A stretch of 63,859 nt of DNA from Pocillopora damicornis (GCF_003704095.1 NW_020846747.1:62142-126000); one strand, 5' to 3'. Positions 37,286 through 51,786 are shown, counted from the first letter of the stretch. The notes: generated by a model from the sequence alone, not told the origin. Numbers and translations: made by a program.

Positions 37286-39226
37286 TCTATGGATGAACCT
37301 GAAAAACGAATTCTGGTATTGAGATAGTCGGAGTAGACAATGAGTTTTGGCGAAATGAAATCCGTTGTTAAGCAGAAAAAGCATAGAACCTAACTACTCG
37401 GTTAACTTGGACCCACGTTAACTCGAATAAGATCCGATTTGCTTTGGAACTGACCCCATTTTGTTATCAATTTTCCATCAGCGTATTCGAACCCGGTGAA
37501 CTCCAACACCCTCAAAGTCAAACTTATTTTAATTTCTCGATTCGCTCAAATCGTAGCACTAAAATTTTTTTTTTCTAGTTTTACCACTCCTGCTCAATGT
37601 GTGGTATTTTCTAAAAAAACATGTAAGGCTATATATATGATTTAATATGTAGTCCTCATTATGCTTATAGGAAGTACCTACTTTAATTAGGATATTTTTG
37701 CCGTGTTGCAGTCTCCCGTCTTTTTCTTGTTGTAGAGACGTTTCGATCAGTCAGTTGGTGGGTAAACCATGAACATATATCTTTTTTTCAATAAATATAG
37801 GGTGATGTTGAACCTTTAAGTTTCATTCGCGTGCACCAGTGTCTAAAAATGGTTTGCATTCTATTTTTCAATGCTTTTAGAGAGCATGAATCATCTTTTA
37901 TTCATCAAAATTATCATCAAAATTGTTATATTTTCAATGGTCACTAAACACCTGCATCTCGGTCCTTGGCGATGAAAAAAGAAACAAAACAAAACAAAAC
38001 GAAACAAAACAAAAATAGTAGTATTCTCTTTGTGAATACTTGCTTCCTTTATTCCCAAAAAAAAGGGAGGAAAACTAAAGACTTTAGCGAGTCGCTAGAG
38101 AGATTCGTTAAAAGTAGATAAGACCCGCAGAGAGAAATTCGTCAAAAGCAAGTAAGACCCACTTACAGAAATATTATGCGTCCAAACTATCGTTAACTCA
38201 GACAGTAGCCCATTTGAATAATTAAAACTGCTGTTTCAGCAGGTACTGATGACAAAATAGTTCGTTCGTTAGCGACCGGTACTAAGTGATATTCATGTGA
38301 GGCTAATGTGTTGTCTATTTTTCTGAAGTATCACGTACCTATCCAACAGGCGATATTAAAGTATTTGGTATTAGCGGCAACATGTCATCAGTATTCATGA
38401 AAATATTTTTATTTCCATAGACTATCGTCTTGAACTCTTGTGATGGCACCTCGTCGGTAATCACTCCTCAGCGAAAATCGTCCGCAGGAAGTAGAATCCA
38501 TAACTATGACATGCATAGAGTTTTGAGTTGGCTGAGACAGAAGCCGGGTCGAATAAAAACTGCTGTGCCAAGTGCTTCCTTGCAAGTTGAAACATATTTC
38601 GTTCCTTAGCTATCAGTGTGAAAGGAATGAAGCAGGAATCTAATAAGCGATATTAAAGCATGTTGCTTTGGCAACGGCCTGTTAACACTATGAAGGCAAC
38701 CTTCATATTTATAGACTGCCGTCGCCATTTCTCGTATTTCTCATTTGATACTGGCACCACGCCATCGGATAACATAACACATATTAAGCGTTTAATATTT
38801 GACGTCAAGAGAAACAGTGAGTTTTACCTTTTACCGAGGGCCGGACGACTCAAAATCAGAACAATGACCAAAGCAAAAGAATGTTTCGATCGCCATAAAA
38901 AATAAGCCTAGATGCGAAGTATTCTCTTAACGATGACGATGGATCACTGAAATGAAAGAGAACCTACAGACAATAACGACCAATAATCAACCTGTCAGCG
39001 AGTTATACGATCTATTATAATCGTTAAAGAGGCACTGCACGGATATGTGCGGTCTAAAATAAAATGTTTTATCCCATTTCGTCACCAATATAATTACATC
39101 TAAGCTTACCAAATGGGAAATTCCAATATTGTCCTTCAACATGACAGACTTGTTGACTTTCTTAAGCAGGAATACGATATTATATAATTTAGAATCATCC
39201 AAAATATTGGTATACCTGTTTGTAAT

Positions 39227-42069
39227 ATGGGTATCAACACATTTCGTATTTTCTTCTTTTCAGTGTAGGGGGGGGGGGGGGGGGTGTATTTATCTTTATC
39301 TTGTATCTTAATTAGACTAAGTACAGGTGCTGAAGTCCTGTTGACAAGAACTGGTAACCAAATTTGATTTCCTTAGGGTTTATTTTCGAACCTTTTCTTT
39401 TTTATTGAAAGATAACTCGTACGTGATGAAAATATCAACACGCAATGCATTTAATAAGCACCAAAGTTTATTGAAATTCTGCTCAAAAATAGCAATTAAA
39501 GCCTGAAGCAAGGAAAGTATGATAATCAGCTTCTCTTTGCAAACAGTTTGACGTAATTGATTCTTTCCAGTCTTGTTGATGTCTCAGTTGAGTAACTTCC
39601 ATTACACTTAAAATCCCTTTCTTTTTCAGAAAAAATAAATAAATTCCCTATAAAGTGGAGGTAAATGATTTTCATCTCTTACCTTAAGAAACTATATAAC
39701 TTTTGTAAACGGAAATCCCCGTGTCTGAAGAGGAAATGAAGTTGAGAGGGAAAACGGTCTGCAGTTTCGAGATATATTAAAGTCTTTGTAAATCGATATA
39801 TAAACACTGTTTTCAGTATTATATTCAATATAGCCACTATGCCACCCCCTTGCGTTTTTCCAATACTGTTCCATTAAAAATTTAAACTTAGTTATTTGNN
39901 NNNNNNNNNNNNNNNNNNNNNNNNNNNNNNNNNNNNNNNNNNNNNNNNNNNNNNNNNNNNNNNNNNNNNNNNNNNNNNNNNNNNNNNNNNNNNNNNNNAA
40001 TTTAGAAATAGGTTGCCCTTCTACGTAGACACGTAAACTATACTCTCATTTTGCTTAATTTTAAGAAAACTGTCGGCAAGTAGAGTGGAACCCTGCAAAA
40101 CAGGACTTTATCTTCGAGAAACACGTTTTCAAAATGGTGAGGATTGAGACAGCCAGCGCATGTGAAGTCAAATGTTTCCTGGAAGCTGATTGTGCTTCCT
40201 ACAATCTAGAACCACAACAGAATGGAAAACCTTTGTGCGAATTGAGTGCTTCAGATGACGCAAATAATCAACATGATCTAAGGTACAAAGGAGGGACTGT
40301 TTACAAATCATTTAAGGTGAGTTGACTTATTCTCACATGTAATTCCATGAAGTGGGCATGGAAGAAAGGAGGGGGAAGGGTACCAGACCAAAAAGTTTTA
40401 TAAATATCTTTATATCTTCACAGAACCGCTGTTCTAGTACGCTTTGTCCATCGAAAAAGCGATTCCAAACTGGCTTCACCAGGAAGGGTTATCGCTGTGT
40501 TTGCACAAATGGATTACTGGGAAAAAACTGCACTGAAGGTATGTTGATTTGATTGGTCATTGACAATAATCGTGTATTTCTCTTTGAGAAGTCGTTAAAT
40601 TTGGAGGATCTTTGGATTTAAATAAATGAGAAATTTTTTTAGGTGTCAGAAGGAAAATAGGGGCGTGAGGGAGAAAGCTATACCTCATGATGATATGTGA
40701 GGTCTTAAATGGCTTTTGTGATCTTAAATTGCTGAGATGGACAAGGAGTTCCTACAAACGACCTCTCTTGACCTTTTGCCTATAGTGATCGACTGGTGGC
40801 AGGTCTAGCTTAAAATGGAGCTGACTGCAGAAAAGTCGTCGCCTAAGAACGGTGGTTACTATCAGATCTCGAATAAAGTAAACAATGGTCTTGATCGATA
40901 CAGTAGTGAGATTATTTACGTTATTCCCATGGGTTATCATTTTGGTGTTCTAGGACCGCCTTTGGTGCAAGTTGTTCCCGACGTAATTGAAACTGTGGAG
41001 GGTAGGAACGTTACTGTAATGTGTAACGTGACAGCGAATCCTAAACCAAACAGGATCATATGGAAAAAGCCTGATGGAATTCTTTCCAGCGCGAGGACCA
41101 TTGTTATTGAAGGAAATCTCACTATAAAAAAATGTCACTACACAAGAAAACGGCTCCAACGTGTGAACTGCGACAAACCCCTGCAGTACCAAATCATCGT
41201 CAGTTCTCCTTCGTGTCTTTTCAGCTCTCAAATTTGTCATCAGGCCTCCGTCAAATGTGACAGTGATGGCGCATGAAGCTGTCATTCTGCGTTGCTGTGC
41301 TTCAAGCCACCTGAAGCCAGCCATACTATGGATGTATGATGGAACTTTTTCCTTTTCTTCAGGAGCGACTGTTGACTCCTTGAATGTTTTGACCATTTTA
41401 TCTGCTAACATATCTCATTCTGGTTCCTACACTTGCAATGTGGCTGATGCATTCAGCTCAAGTCAAACAAGGGTCACCGTTCATGTAAAATACCCTGAAA
41501 CCTGCAGCAAAGTAAAGACAAGCATCAGCGAGGTCAGTGGTGATTACCTCATCGATCCTGACGGTGTTCTTGGCGAGGATCCATTTCCTGTATACTGTAA
41601 CATGACTGGCAAAGGAGGCGTTGGAGTGACAGTCGTCGGTCACGACAGTGAAAACAGAACGCAGGTGATAGGATACGAAAAGTGCGGTGAATATTTCGTT
41701 GATATTCATTACAGATCTGCCAGCATATCTCAGTTAAAAGCTCTGACGGAAGCCTCTGATAACTGTCGACAGTTCATACAATACGAGTGTTTCCACGCCA
41801 CTTTAATTAAAGATGGATATTCATGGTGGGTTTCACGTGACGGCCAGAACATGATGTACTGGGGGGGAGCAAACTTAACAACTGGTAGCTGCATATGTAG
41901 TTTAACTAGATCGTGTGATCAAAATGATCAAAAGTGGCGGGAAGACAGCGGTTTTCTCACCATCAAGTTCCACCTTCCCGTCAAACAGCTAAGATTTGGT
42001 GACACGGGAGGACGACATGAAAAAGGATACCACACCTTAGGAAAACTAGAGTGCTATGGCCTGACTTAG
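39227..42069 (+). pseudogene. PAN-EGF-Ig-Ig-fibrinogen-like (CASPR/neurexin-IV type) copy C2 (damaged leader ~39227-39351; exons 40066-40316, 40424-40538, 40954-42069)
   Basis: The full domain series is present. Lesions: +1 A at ~41127-41130, an Ig1 Cys TGT>TGA at ~41164, an EGF Cys>Phe, and deletion of the KCNC segment. Motifs YLIDPDG, VYCNMT, QFIQYEC, WWVSRDG and LPVKQLRFGDTG. Confidence 0.88.
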
Positions 42070-42414
42070 GTGCAGAAAAAATTGAAAACATGAAAATTCT
42101 GACCATAATCGAAACAAATCATATGTAAAACTATAACCAATCACCACTGGGTCGCTTGATATAATTCCTGCACTTAAGGTTTTTTTGCATGGTTATACAC
42201 CGTACTCATTATTTTTCTTATTACGCCTCGTTGGTGCTACGCAATCTAAAAATATAAAAAAAGCAAAAAACTGTCCAAAGGGCTTCCATTTAGAAAATTT
42301 TGAAATTATTGAAANNNNNNNNNNNNNNNNNNNNNNNNNNNNNNNNNNNNNNNNNNNNNNNNNNNNNNNNNNNNNNNNNNNNNNNNNNNNNNNNNNNNNN
42401 NNNNNNNNNNNNNN

Positions 42415-42620
42415 AAACAATAGTGGCCGGTACAAAATTTTCCACCTTAGTGGCCAATTTGGGTCTTTGGACCCTAGTGTCCGATATGTGATTTTGGACA
42501 CTAATTGACGATTTGTGAGGGAGCAAAGATCTCATTTTGTTTTCCTGTTGGACTCATTCTGAGTTTCAAACTCTTTTCTTTGGGAGACACTAGCTTTTAT
42601 ATCATCAAAATTCGAAAGGT
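42415..42620 (+). pseudogene. 27-bp minisatellite (reverse orientation) fused to a degenerate GPCR TM5 exon
   Basis: Repeat units at 42420-42518 are followed by gggagcaaagatct...tttcctgttggactcattctg...cgaaag|gtga. The junction is the same as at 63110-63120. Confidence 0.75.
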
Positions 42621-45055
42621 GAACACAATATATGCTATCCTTTTGTAATCAAAGGGCAATAAAAGCCAACAGTCTGTCTGCGCTTCGCCTATTCAACTGT
42701 TTGTTCGACGTCTTCCAAGACCTACAGAACACCGCAAGGAAATATGAATTTTAAAAGCAGGNNNNNNNNNNNNNNNNNNNNNNNNNNNNNNNNNNNNNNN
42801 NNNNNNNNNNNNNNNNNNNNNNNNNNNNNNNNNNNNNNNNNNNNNNNNNNNNNNNNNNNNNNNNNNNNNNNNNNNNNNNNNNNNNNNNNNNNNNNNNNNN
42901 NNNNNNNNNNNNNNNNNNNNNNNNNNNNNNNNNNNNNNNNNNNNNNNNNNNNNNNNNNNNNNNNNNNNNNNNNNNNNNNNNNNNNNNNNNNNNNNNNNNN
43001 NNNNNNNNNNNNNNNNNNNNNNNNNNNNNNNNNNNNNNNNNNNNNNNNNNNNNNNNNNNNNNNNNNNNNNNNNNNNNNNNNNNNNNNNNNNNNNNNNNNN
43101 NNNNNNNNNNNNNNNNNNNNNNNNNNNNNNNNNNNNNNNCTGCAATATATTCAGATTTTCGTTAATTTCAAAATTTTCTAAATGGAAGCCCTTTGGACAG
43201 TTTTTTGCTTTTTTATATTTTTAGAGTGTGTAGCACCAACGAGGCGCTACACGCATCGATAGCTATAACCAATCTCGAATGAATAACTGTTTTATTAGAT
43301 TTCATTAGATCCTGAATGTCTCGATATTTACAGCCATTGTTCGGCTCCGTAACAGTTGGTGCTATCCATTTCCTGATAATCTGCTTACAGAGAACCAATC
43401 AGAACACCAGAAACGCAATATTCAGAACTAAAACTTTGAGAACTAAAAATTTAAAGACTTTATGAAAGTAATTTACATTAGGAGAGTGCGTAAGCATTTG
43501 ATTGTTTAAAAGTGATTTAAAAAGTGAACGCGTACAAATTTTGACGTTACTACTCTGTTTCAGGTCCACATTTAGCATGTTCCGTTTCTTGACTGCTCTT
43601 ACACAGAATGTCCGACCACCTTCCTTTTTCTCTTTTATTGTATTCTAATAACATTCTTATGATCTTCCTCATTGGCAGTCGATTTGACAATCAATTCTAT
43701 GGTACCCCCTTTATTCTCCTTTTCAACGACAGCTCATCCCTCCTTTCCTCCTGAAAGTCATGTGATTCCTCCTAAAATAAAACTAGGGACTGGACCCTAA
43801 GATGTATTGATTTATATGTGATTCTACTGACGAGAATGAAATCAATCGGAAACACCAGTGAAAGAAAGGGAAAACAAAATAAAACATTTTATCTGAAAGC
43901 GTTTTTCCTCAAGAAGGCTTGAAGATGGTCAAAACAATTACCTGATGGTTGAGCATTTTTCAAAAGAGGGAAGATAACATTCACTTAAATAGCATCTAAA
44001 GACTTTATAATAGTTCTATTGAACGACATTTTGCAGTCCAGACATAATGCAACATTAAAAATGCAGTTGGAAAATTGTATCTATACTTTTTAGTACTGAT
44101 TTAGTGCTAAAAGTCCAGTTAGCAATATAAGCTTAGCTTATTTGGGTGCAGAGAACATTTTTTTCTAATTTTTTATTTTTTGGTCAAGCGACAGAACATT
44201 TAGAAGGTAAATTCAATTCGACTTTCTTTAGGTTCCAAACCTCGAGTTATGCAGAGAGTGATTAACCTGTTCTGTTCTAAACCGATATTCAAAAGACGTT
44301 GTAAATATGGGGAATCCTTTGGTAGAAGAAGCTATTGCTTTGGTGATGACGACAGTCGGATGAAAACAACGCCATTGTTCTTTAGATAAACAAATCTCTT
44401 AATTTCCCTTGATCGTCACTCTTTTGACGATTTTCCAGTAACTCCTTATTTTCCTCTCCCTCCCCTCAGCCACCGTATCTGCTCTTTTAGTACGGCAAAA
44501 TTTCAGTGTTAACGATATACAATGGCCATTTAAGTCGTCTTAAGTCATACATGAAAATCACCGGCTTATGGAACCATACTTCATTGACTCAGTAATGATT
44601 GCAATGTATTGTGTAACCTTAATGTCATGCATTGCCCTACGTCACCACAGTAAGGACATTTCTGTTACTGAATTGCATTGTGATATCGAGAAACAAACTA
44701 ATTGTTTATGTGTTAAATAACATACTGACTCTATTGCTGAATTAAGTTTCTCGATTTACAGCTTTTAAGCTGTAATATTTAAAATTATTGAATGAATCAT
44801 TTGATGCGGGGGTAGAATAGATTAGAGAGCTCTTCCATTAAGTATCGCATTTCCACAAATCAAATGAATCAACAATCAAACAGAAAAGAGGTGGAAAACA
44901 TAATGAGAAAAATAATGAGTGCTGTGCGTAACCATGCAAAAAAAGCCTCAAGCGCAGGATTCACATCAAGCGACCCAGTGGTGATTGGTTATAGTTTTAC
45001 ATATGATTTGTTGCGACTATGGTCCAAGTTTTCATGTTTTCAATTTTGTCTGCAC

Positions 45056-48000
45056 CTAGGTCAGACCATAGCACTCTAGTTTTCCTAAGGTGTGGTATCC
45101 TTCTTCATCAAAATATGGATCTCCCGTGTCACCAAATCTTAGCTGTTTGACGGGAAGGTGGGACTTCATGGTAAGAAAACCGCTGTCTTCCCGCCAATTC
45201 TTATCATTTTTATCACAGTTACACTTCAGTGATTCGTCATCGGCGCACGATCCAGTTAAACCACATGCACAGCCACCAGTTGATAAGTTTGCTCCCCCCC
45301 AGTATGTCATCTTCTGGCCGTCACGTGAAACCCACCATAAATATCCACGTTTAATTAATTCGGCGTGAAAACATTCGTATTTGATGAACTGTTGACAATT
45401 ATCAGAGACTTCCGTCAGAATTTTTAATTGAGATATGGTGGCAGATCTGTAATGAACATAAAGGGAATATTCACCATGCCCGTCGTATCCTATCACCTGC
45501 GTTCTATTTTCACTGTCGTGACTGACGACTGTCACTCCAACGCCTCCTTTGTCAGTCATGTTACAATAAACTGGAAATGGTCCTCGCCATGGACACCGTC
45601 AGGATCGATGAGGTAATCATCACGGACGTCGCTGATGATTGCTTTCACTTTGCTGCAGGTTTCATGGTATTTGACAAGAACGGTGACACTTGTTCGAATT
45701 GAGCTGAATGCATCAGTCGCATTGCAAGTGTAAGTACCAGAATGAGACATGTTAGCAGATAAAATGATCAAAGCACTCAAGGAGTCGACAGCCGCCCCTG
45801 AAGGTAGGGAAAACTTTCCATCATACATCCATAGGATGGTTGGCTTCAGTTCGCTTAAAGCAGAGCAACGCAGAATGACAGCTTCATAAGCCATCACTGT
45901 CACATTGGACGGAGGCTTTATGACAAATTTGAGAGCTGAATAGACATGAAGGTGAACTAACGATGATTTGGTACCCCAGGGGTTTGTCGCAGTACACACG
46001 TAAGAGCCGTTGTCTTGTGTGGTGACATTCAGTATGGTAAGATTTCCTTCGCTAACAATGGTCGTCGCGCCGGATAGAATTCTATTAGACTTTTTCCATA
46101 TGATCCTGTCTGGTTTAGGATTAGCTGTAACGTTACATATTACAGTAATGTCCCTACCCTCCACAGTTTCAATTATGTCGGGAACAACTTGCACCAAAGG
46201 CGGTCCTAGAACACCAAAATGATAATGAGCCATGGGAATAACGTAAATAGTCTCATTACTGCATCGATCAAGACCATTGTTTACTTTATTCAAGATCTGA
46301 TAGTAACCGCTGTTCTGAGGCGATGACTTTTCTGCAGTCAGCTCCATTTTAAGTTAGACCCGTCACCAGTCGGGTGACACTATATCGAAGGCGTTCGTCG
46401 AGGGCAAGAGTACACGGTAATTTTGGTCAGCGGGAAAATTATGAAACCCGCGAATATTGGGAAAGCCCACGAAAGGATGACATCTAAAAACTGAAGACAA
46501 TTTTTGATAAGGACACTAGAATGCGTAATGATGGTGGCGACTAATCATTCTTTTGTAAATAAATCGGCGATCGACTTCCTCAAGGAAAACTTTGAAAATT
46601 GTTCTGTTGAAAACCAGTACTTCTTGGGTTATTTCGACGGGAAAAGAGACGAGTTCGAGGATATGCTCGAGAGGTTTCTTCTTATTAGTTCCACATGCTT
46701 TGTAAAGAAGGCCTTGCACTCAAAGGAGCTAAATTACAAGAGGTTTTCCAAAAATGGTAGGCAGTTTCTTTTATTTTTAGCTGATTTTTTTGCCCTTATC
46801 AATTCGGTGTGAGCCTTGTAGAGACTTGATCTTTTGCCGCAATTTTGTAAAAACTTACGCAATGCACCGGGCGTAAAATTGTTGAAATATTTAAAAGTAT
46901 TTCATATATAGGAAAGCCCTTGGAAAACACTCTAAGTGCGTAATCTAGTATACCTAAATACTTCTTCAAATTATGCATTTGTACCGTCTCCCGTCTTTGA
47001 ACACAATGGTGGTAATGTACCGATCCAATTTTTTGGCAAACCGTATACCATTGTAAGCAATGAAACTCGGCATTGCCTCCACGGATCAACAAAGGTGAGA
47101 ATTCCTTTTGAAAACAGAGTTTGAAATATAATGAAACGTACCAGTGGTATTCGATTTTTGCATAACCCGCGAAACTGTTTTAATTTTTCTAGGTATTTTA
47201 GTGGCGGATTCCATCGAGCTTTTCGCAAACTGAGGAAACAAAATCGGGAAGGTCATTTACACCACATACTTCAGAATTCCCCATAAACGTAGGGTGAAGA
47301 ATTCTTTCAGAGTGTATGCGTGTTGTTTTGGTAAATAACACTGTAATGTATTTCAACTTGTTTGTGAGCCCTTTTAAGCAACACGATATGTCTGTAATGA
47401 CTAGAGTGCCAAACTTTATTCTTTAATTTTGATCTTCTCCACACTGTGGTTATGGTTCATGACCAGATATTTCAACGAAAATTATCGCGAAGGCGCCTTC
47501 CCATCACCTTTGTTTACTTTGTTAGTCACGCAAGCGTGCAAGCGTTACTACCGATCACGTTTACGCAACGTTTTAGGACAACTCGGCATCTATTGTCCAT
47601 TCAGTTTTTATGAAAACCTGAAATCCTCAAGATGTCGGTGGATGAAAGCTACAGATATGCCCGCGGGTTTGAGGCAATCGGTGACCTCATTGGTGTATAA
47701 ACTATACACTGATATGCTTTTTTAGCTCGATTAACGGCTGCATTTTGAGAATTCTTTCGTACAAATTGGTGAATTTTGATACGCAAACAAAGGTCTAAGA
47801 GAAGGCTCTCCTCTGATCACGCTTGTATGAAAAATATTTCAGCTGAAGTTTCCATATTTTGTTTGCTAATCGAAGGCACCTTTTAACTTGTAGCAAGATA
47901 GAATTCCATGAGCTATATTATTTCAGTCGGTGCGCGCTGGACAAAATCTGTGAAATTTACACTTTCGATCGCTGTCCACACGGTTGTACTGGCCAAAAAT

Positions 48001-48833
48001 CATTTTTGGCTTGTAGCGACGAAAAAAAAGGGAATTGGAGAACAACTAAACTATTTTTGAAACATGTGTCCTAAACCCTTTTCATGGGCAAAAAATAAAG
48101 TTTTCCGTCGGGAAGTCGAGAGGACCGCTCTGAGCGAGAGCGGCACTTAAGACCTTACATATATGCATGTGGTATAGCTTTCTCCTTCACGCCCTTATTT
48201 TCCTTCTGATACCTAAACAAATTTTTCATTTATTTAAATTCAAAGGTCCTCCAAGTTGAACGACTTCTAAAAGAGAAATGCACGATTATTGTCGATGACC
48301 AATCAACTCAACATACCTTCAGTGCAGTTTTGTCCCAGTAGTCCATTTGCGCAAACACAGCGATAACCCTTCCTGGTGAAGCCAGTTTGGCATCGCTTTA
48401 TCAATGGACAAAGCGTACTGGAACAGAGGTTCTGTGAAGATATAAAGATATTTATAGAATTTATTGCTCTGGTACCCTTCCTCCTCCCTTTCTTCCAGCT
48501 AATTCATCCATACCGATCCACCTATTTACTTATTTATTAATTTCAAAATGCACGCAGACATCCATCAATTCATTCACGTACAAATGCACTCATGCATTTA
48601 CGCATTCATGCATTCATCCATCTTATGTATCCTATGAATTTAAAATATATGATCGTTTTATCCACGAAAACTTCACGGAATTGTATGTGAGAATAAGTCA
48701 GCTCACCTTAAATGATTTGTAAACAGTCCCTTTTTTGTATCTTAGATCCTGTTGATTATTTGCGTGATCTGAATCACTTAATTCGCACAAAAGTTTTCCA
48801 TTCTGTTGCGGTTTTAGATTGTAGGAAACACAG
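45056..48833 (-). pseudogene. PAN-EGF-Ig-Ig-fibrinogen-like copy C3 (exons <48833-48707, 48431-48317, 46205-45056) with a single frameshift
   Basis: Intact except for a 1-bp deletion at ~45580 (gaggaccattt versus gaggatccattt), which splits ORFs 45556-46347 and 45056-45559. Confidence 0.85.
46373..48148. mobile_element. ~1.8-kb transposon-like insertion in the C3 intron
   Basis: Absent from the paralogous introns. One end abuts a host TTAA (...gagagcggcac|ttaagacc). About 100 bp of host intron is missing at the other end. It contains coding-like fragments at 46530-47094. Confidence 0.7.
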
Positions 48834-48933
48834 NNNNNNNNNNNNNNNNNNNNNNNNNNNNNNNNNNNNNNNNNNNNNNNNNNNNNNNNNNNNNNNNNNN
48901 NNNNNNNNNNNNNNNNNNNNNNNNNNNNNNNNN

Positions 48934-49837
48934 CATATTTGTCATAAAGCCTCCGTCGAATGTGACAGTGATGGCGTATGAAGCTGTCGATCTGCGTTGT
49001 TCTGCTTCAAGCGAACTGAAGTCAGCCATCCTATGGATGCATGATGGAACTTTTTCCTTACCTTCAGGGGCGTCTGTTGACTCCTTGAATGCTTTGATGA
49101 TTTTATCTGCTAACATATCTCATTCTGGTACCTACACTTGCAATGCAACTGATGCATTCAGCTCAATTCAAACAAGTGTCACCGTTCATGTCAAATACCC
49201 TGAAACCTGCTCCAAAGTGAAGGCAAACATCATCGACATTAGTGGTGATTATTTGATCGATCCTGACGGTGTTCTTGGGGAGGATCCATTTCCTGTTTAC
49301 TGTAACATGACTGACAAAGGAAGCGTTGGAGTGACAGTCGTCGGTCACGACAGTGAAAATAGAACGCAGGTGATGGGATACGAAAGGCCTGGTAAATATT
49401 CCCTTGATGTTCATTATAGATCTGCCAGTATATCTTAATTAAAAGCTCTGACGGAAGCCTCCGATAACTGTCAACAGTTAATCAAATACGAGTGTTTTAA
49501 CGCCAGATTAATTGGAGGTGGAAATTCATGGTGGGTTTCGCGTGACGGCCAAAAAATGACGTACTGGGGGGGAGCAAACTTAACAACTGGTGGCTGTGCA
49601 TGTGGTTTAACTAGATCGTGCGCCATTGATACCGATGACAGATCACTGAAGTGTAACTGTGATAAAAATGATAACAATTGGCGAGAAGACAGCGGTTTTC
49701 TTACCATCAAGTCCCACCTTCCCGTCAAACAGTTAAGATTTGGTGACACGGGGCATGAAAAGGAAAAAGGATACCACACCTTAGGAAAACTGGAGTGCTA
49801 TGGCCTGACCCAGGTGCAGACAAAATTGAAAACATGA
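48934..49837 (+). pseudogene. Ig2-fibrinogen-like copy C4 (5' part lost in a gap)
   Basis: A premature TAA at 49436-49438 replaces a Gln codon. The family stop TAG has mutated to CAG. Confidence 0.85.
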
Positions 49838-50624
49838 AAACTCGGTAACCAGTCACTACGTATATTAAATATCGGTTTNNNNNNNNNNNNNNNNNNNNNN
49901 NNNNNNNNNNNNNNNNNNNNNNNNNNNNNNCTATACCAGATTTTTAACACTAGATCAGTACTAATGCTGTAAAAATGTAGTATTCCTAATGCATTTTTAC
50001 TGTTGCATTATATGGCGACTGCAAAATGTCGTTCAATAGAACTTTCATAGACTTTTCCAATGTAATTTTAGTGAGTGTAAATACTTCCATTTTCAAAAGA
50101 CGCTCAACCATCAGATAATTGTTTTAACCATTTTCAAGCCTTCTTGAGTCGAGATTATGAAAAGTAAGAATCAAAGAAATTGTATACAGACTGAGAAAAT
50201 CGCTACACGGTAAAATGTTTTATTTTGTTTTCCCTTTCTTTCACTGGTGTTTCCGATTTATTTAATTGTCGTCTGTAGAATGAAATGTTCATCAATACAT
50301 CTTAGGATCCAGTCCCTAGTTTTATTTCAGGAGCAGTCGCATGATTTTCAAGACGGAAGAAGGGATGAGCTGTCATTGACAACGGAGAACAAAGGGGGTA
50401 CCGTAGAATTGATTGTCAAATCGACTGCCAACGAGGGGGATCATAAGAATATTATTAGAATACAATAATAAAGAAAAACGAAGGTGATCGAACATTCTTT
50501 GTAAGAGCAGTCAAGAAGTGGAACATGCTAAATGTGCACCTAAAACGGAGTAGTAACGCCAAAAATTTTAACAATCAAATGCTTACGCACTCACTGAATT
50601 TAAATTACTTTTACAAATAATACC

Positions 50625-51786
50625 CAGTTTTAGCAAAGGACAGGTAAATGAAAAGAACGCGAAGAAAGGCAAATAATTAACCGATAAAAGTAGAATTTCT
50701 TGAAAAGACGTCATGTTAAGTAATTCATCCTCACAGAGTTCTGGTGCCAATCAAATCATATTAAATGGTGTAGCCAAGGAAAAAGGCTTTATGGCAATCA
50801 CTCCATGGAGAACACTGCGAAATACATGAAAATCCGAATATATTGCAGACTATATTAAAGTTCAGACTGCAGACTGCAGACTCTTACAGACTCTTATTTT
50901 GAAGTAAATAATCGCTCCGTTACGTTAATCGTCGCTCCGTTACGTTAATCGAGACCAAGTTTTGCTCCTAAATTCATTAACATTTTATCTGGTAGACATT
51001 TCAACACTTTTTTTGGGGGTGGCATCAAGCCTAGCAGTCTTGTTGGAAACAAATCCATACATTTTCCTAGGTTATATACTGGGGTAGTTAACCCTAAAAC
51101 TTAAGACACAACTCGAAATTTCGATTGCGTCTATTTTTTACACTTCACTTTGTTAAATGTTGAAAAAAGTTCATTTCTTTGTATTTTTTCCATCCAGTAG
51201 TTTTTGCTTGTGACAGATTTCAGTGTCATTGCCATAGGAACTATTTAATGTGATCAACCAACAATTATTACAGTGAGACTGCTACATTGGAAAACTTGTT
51301 TCTGTTGATTCCAATGAAGAAAGCGTCCCATTCTTTCTCCGGCCCCAACCAGCTTTGTTAGGCTGAAGGGCACTTACCTTAAAGACTGTTTAGGACAACG
51401 TATGGGTACCACAGGCATGAAAGAGCCTTTAGGTTCGCAGCAATCCCAAAAATCCATGACACACCCATCACTGAGGCCATTTTAACAAAGATCAAAGCCA
51501 CGTTAGAGCTTTGCTGTGGCTAGGTCACTTGTCTGGCTCTCTGAAATAACCAAAATGTGAATAGCCCTTGTTTTAAAATTCAGATTTGTTTGCGGTGTTT
51601 TGTAGGTCATGCAAGCCGTCGGACAAACGGTTGAATAGGCAAAGCGCAGACAGACAGACGGTTGGCTTTCAATGCCCTTTGTTTAAATAAGCATAGTATA
51701 TATTGTACTCACCTTTCGAATTCTAATGATATGAAAGCTAGTGTATCCCAGAGAAAAGAAGTTGAAAATCAGAATTAGTCCAACAG
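50625..51786 (-). pseudogene. Family-B GPCR copy with nonsense codons (exons ~51786-51712, 51540-51378 and a last-exon remnant at ~50630)
   Basis: The TM6-7 exon has AAG>TAG and CAA>TAA. The introns are homologous to copies A and B. Confidence 0.85.

Noticed and set aside
40815-40953. N-terminal extension MELTAEKSS... of ORFs 40815-41276 and 45556-46347
   Set aside because: It is intronic sequence upstream of a conserved ttctag acceptor and is disrupted in other copies.
41121-41135. Programmed frameshift at the A-run in C2
   Set aside because: A nonsense codon follows in the restored frame and the paralogs lack the run, so ordinary decay is the simpler explanation.
41497-42069. Calling these genes true CNTNAP/neurexin-IV orthologs
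   Set aside because: Only the fibrinogen-like module is shared. There are no discoidin, laminin-G or TM domains.
42693-43181. ORFs spanning N runs, here and at the other gaps
   Set aside because: They are artefacts of translating through assembly gaps.
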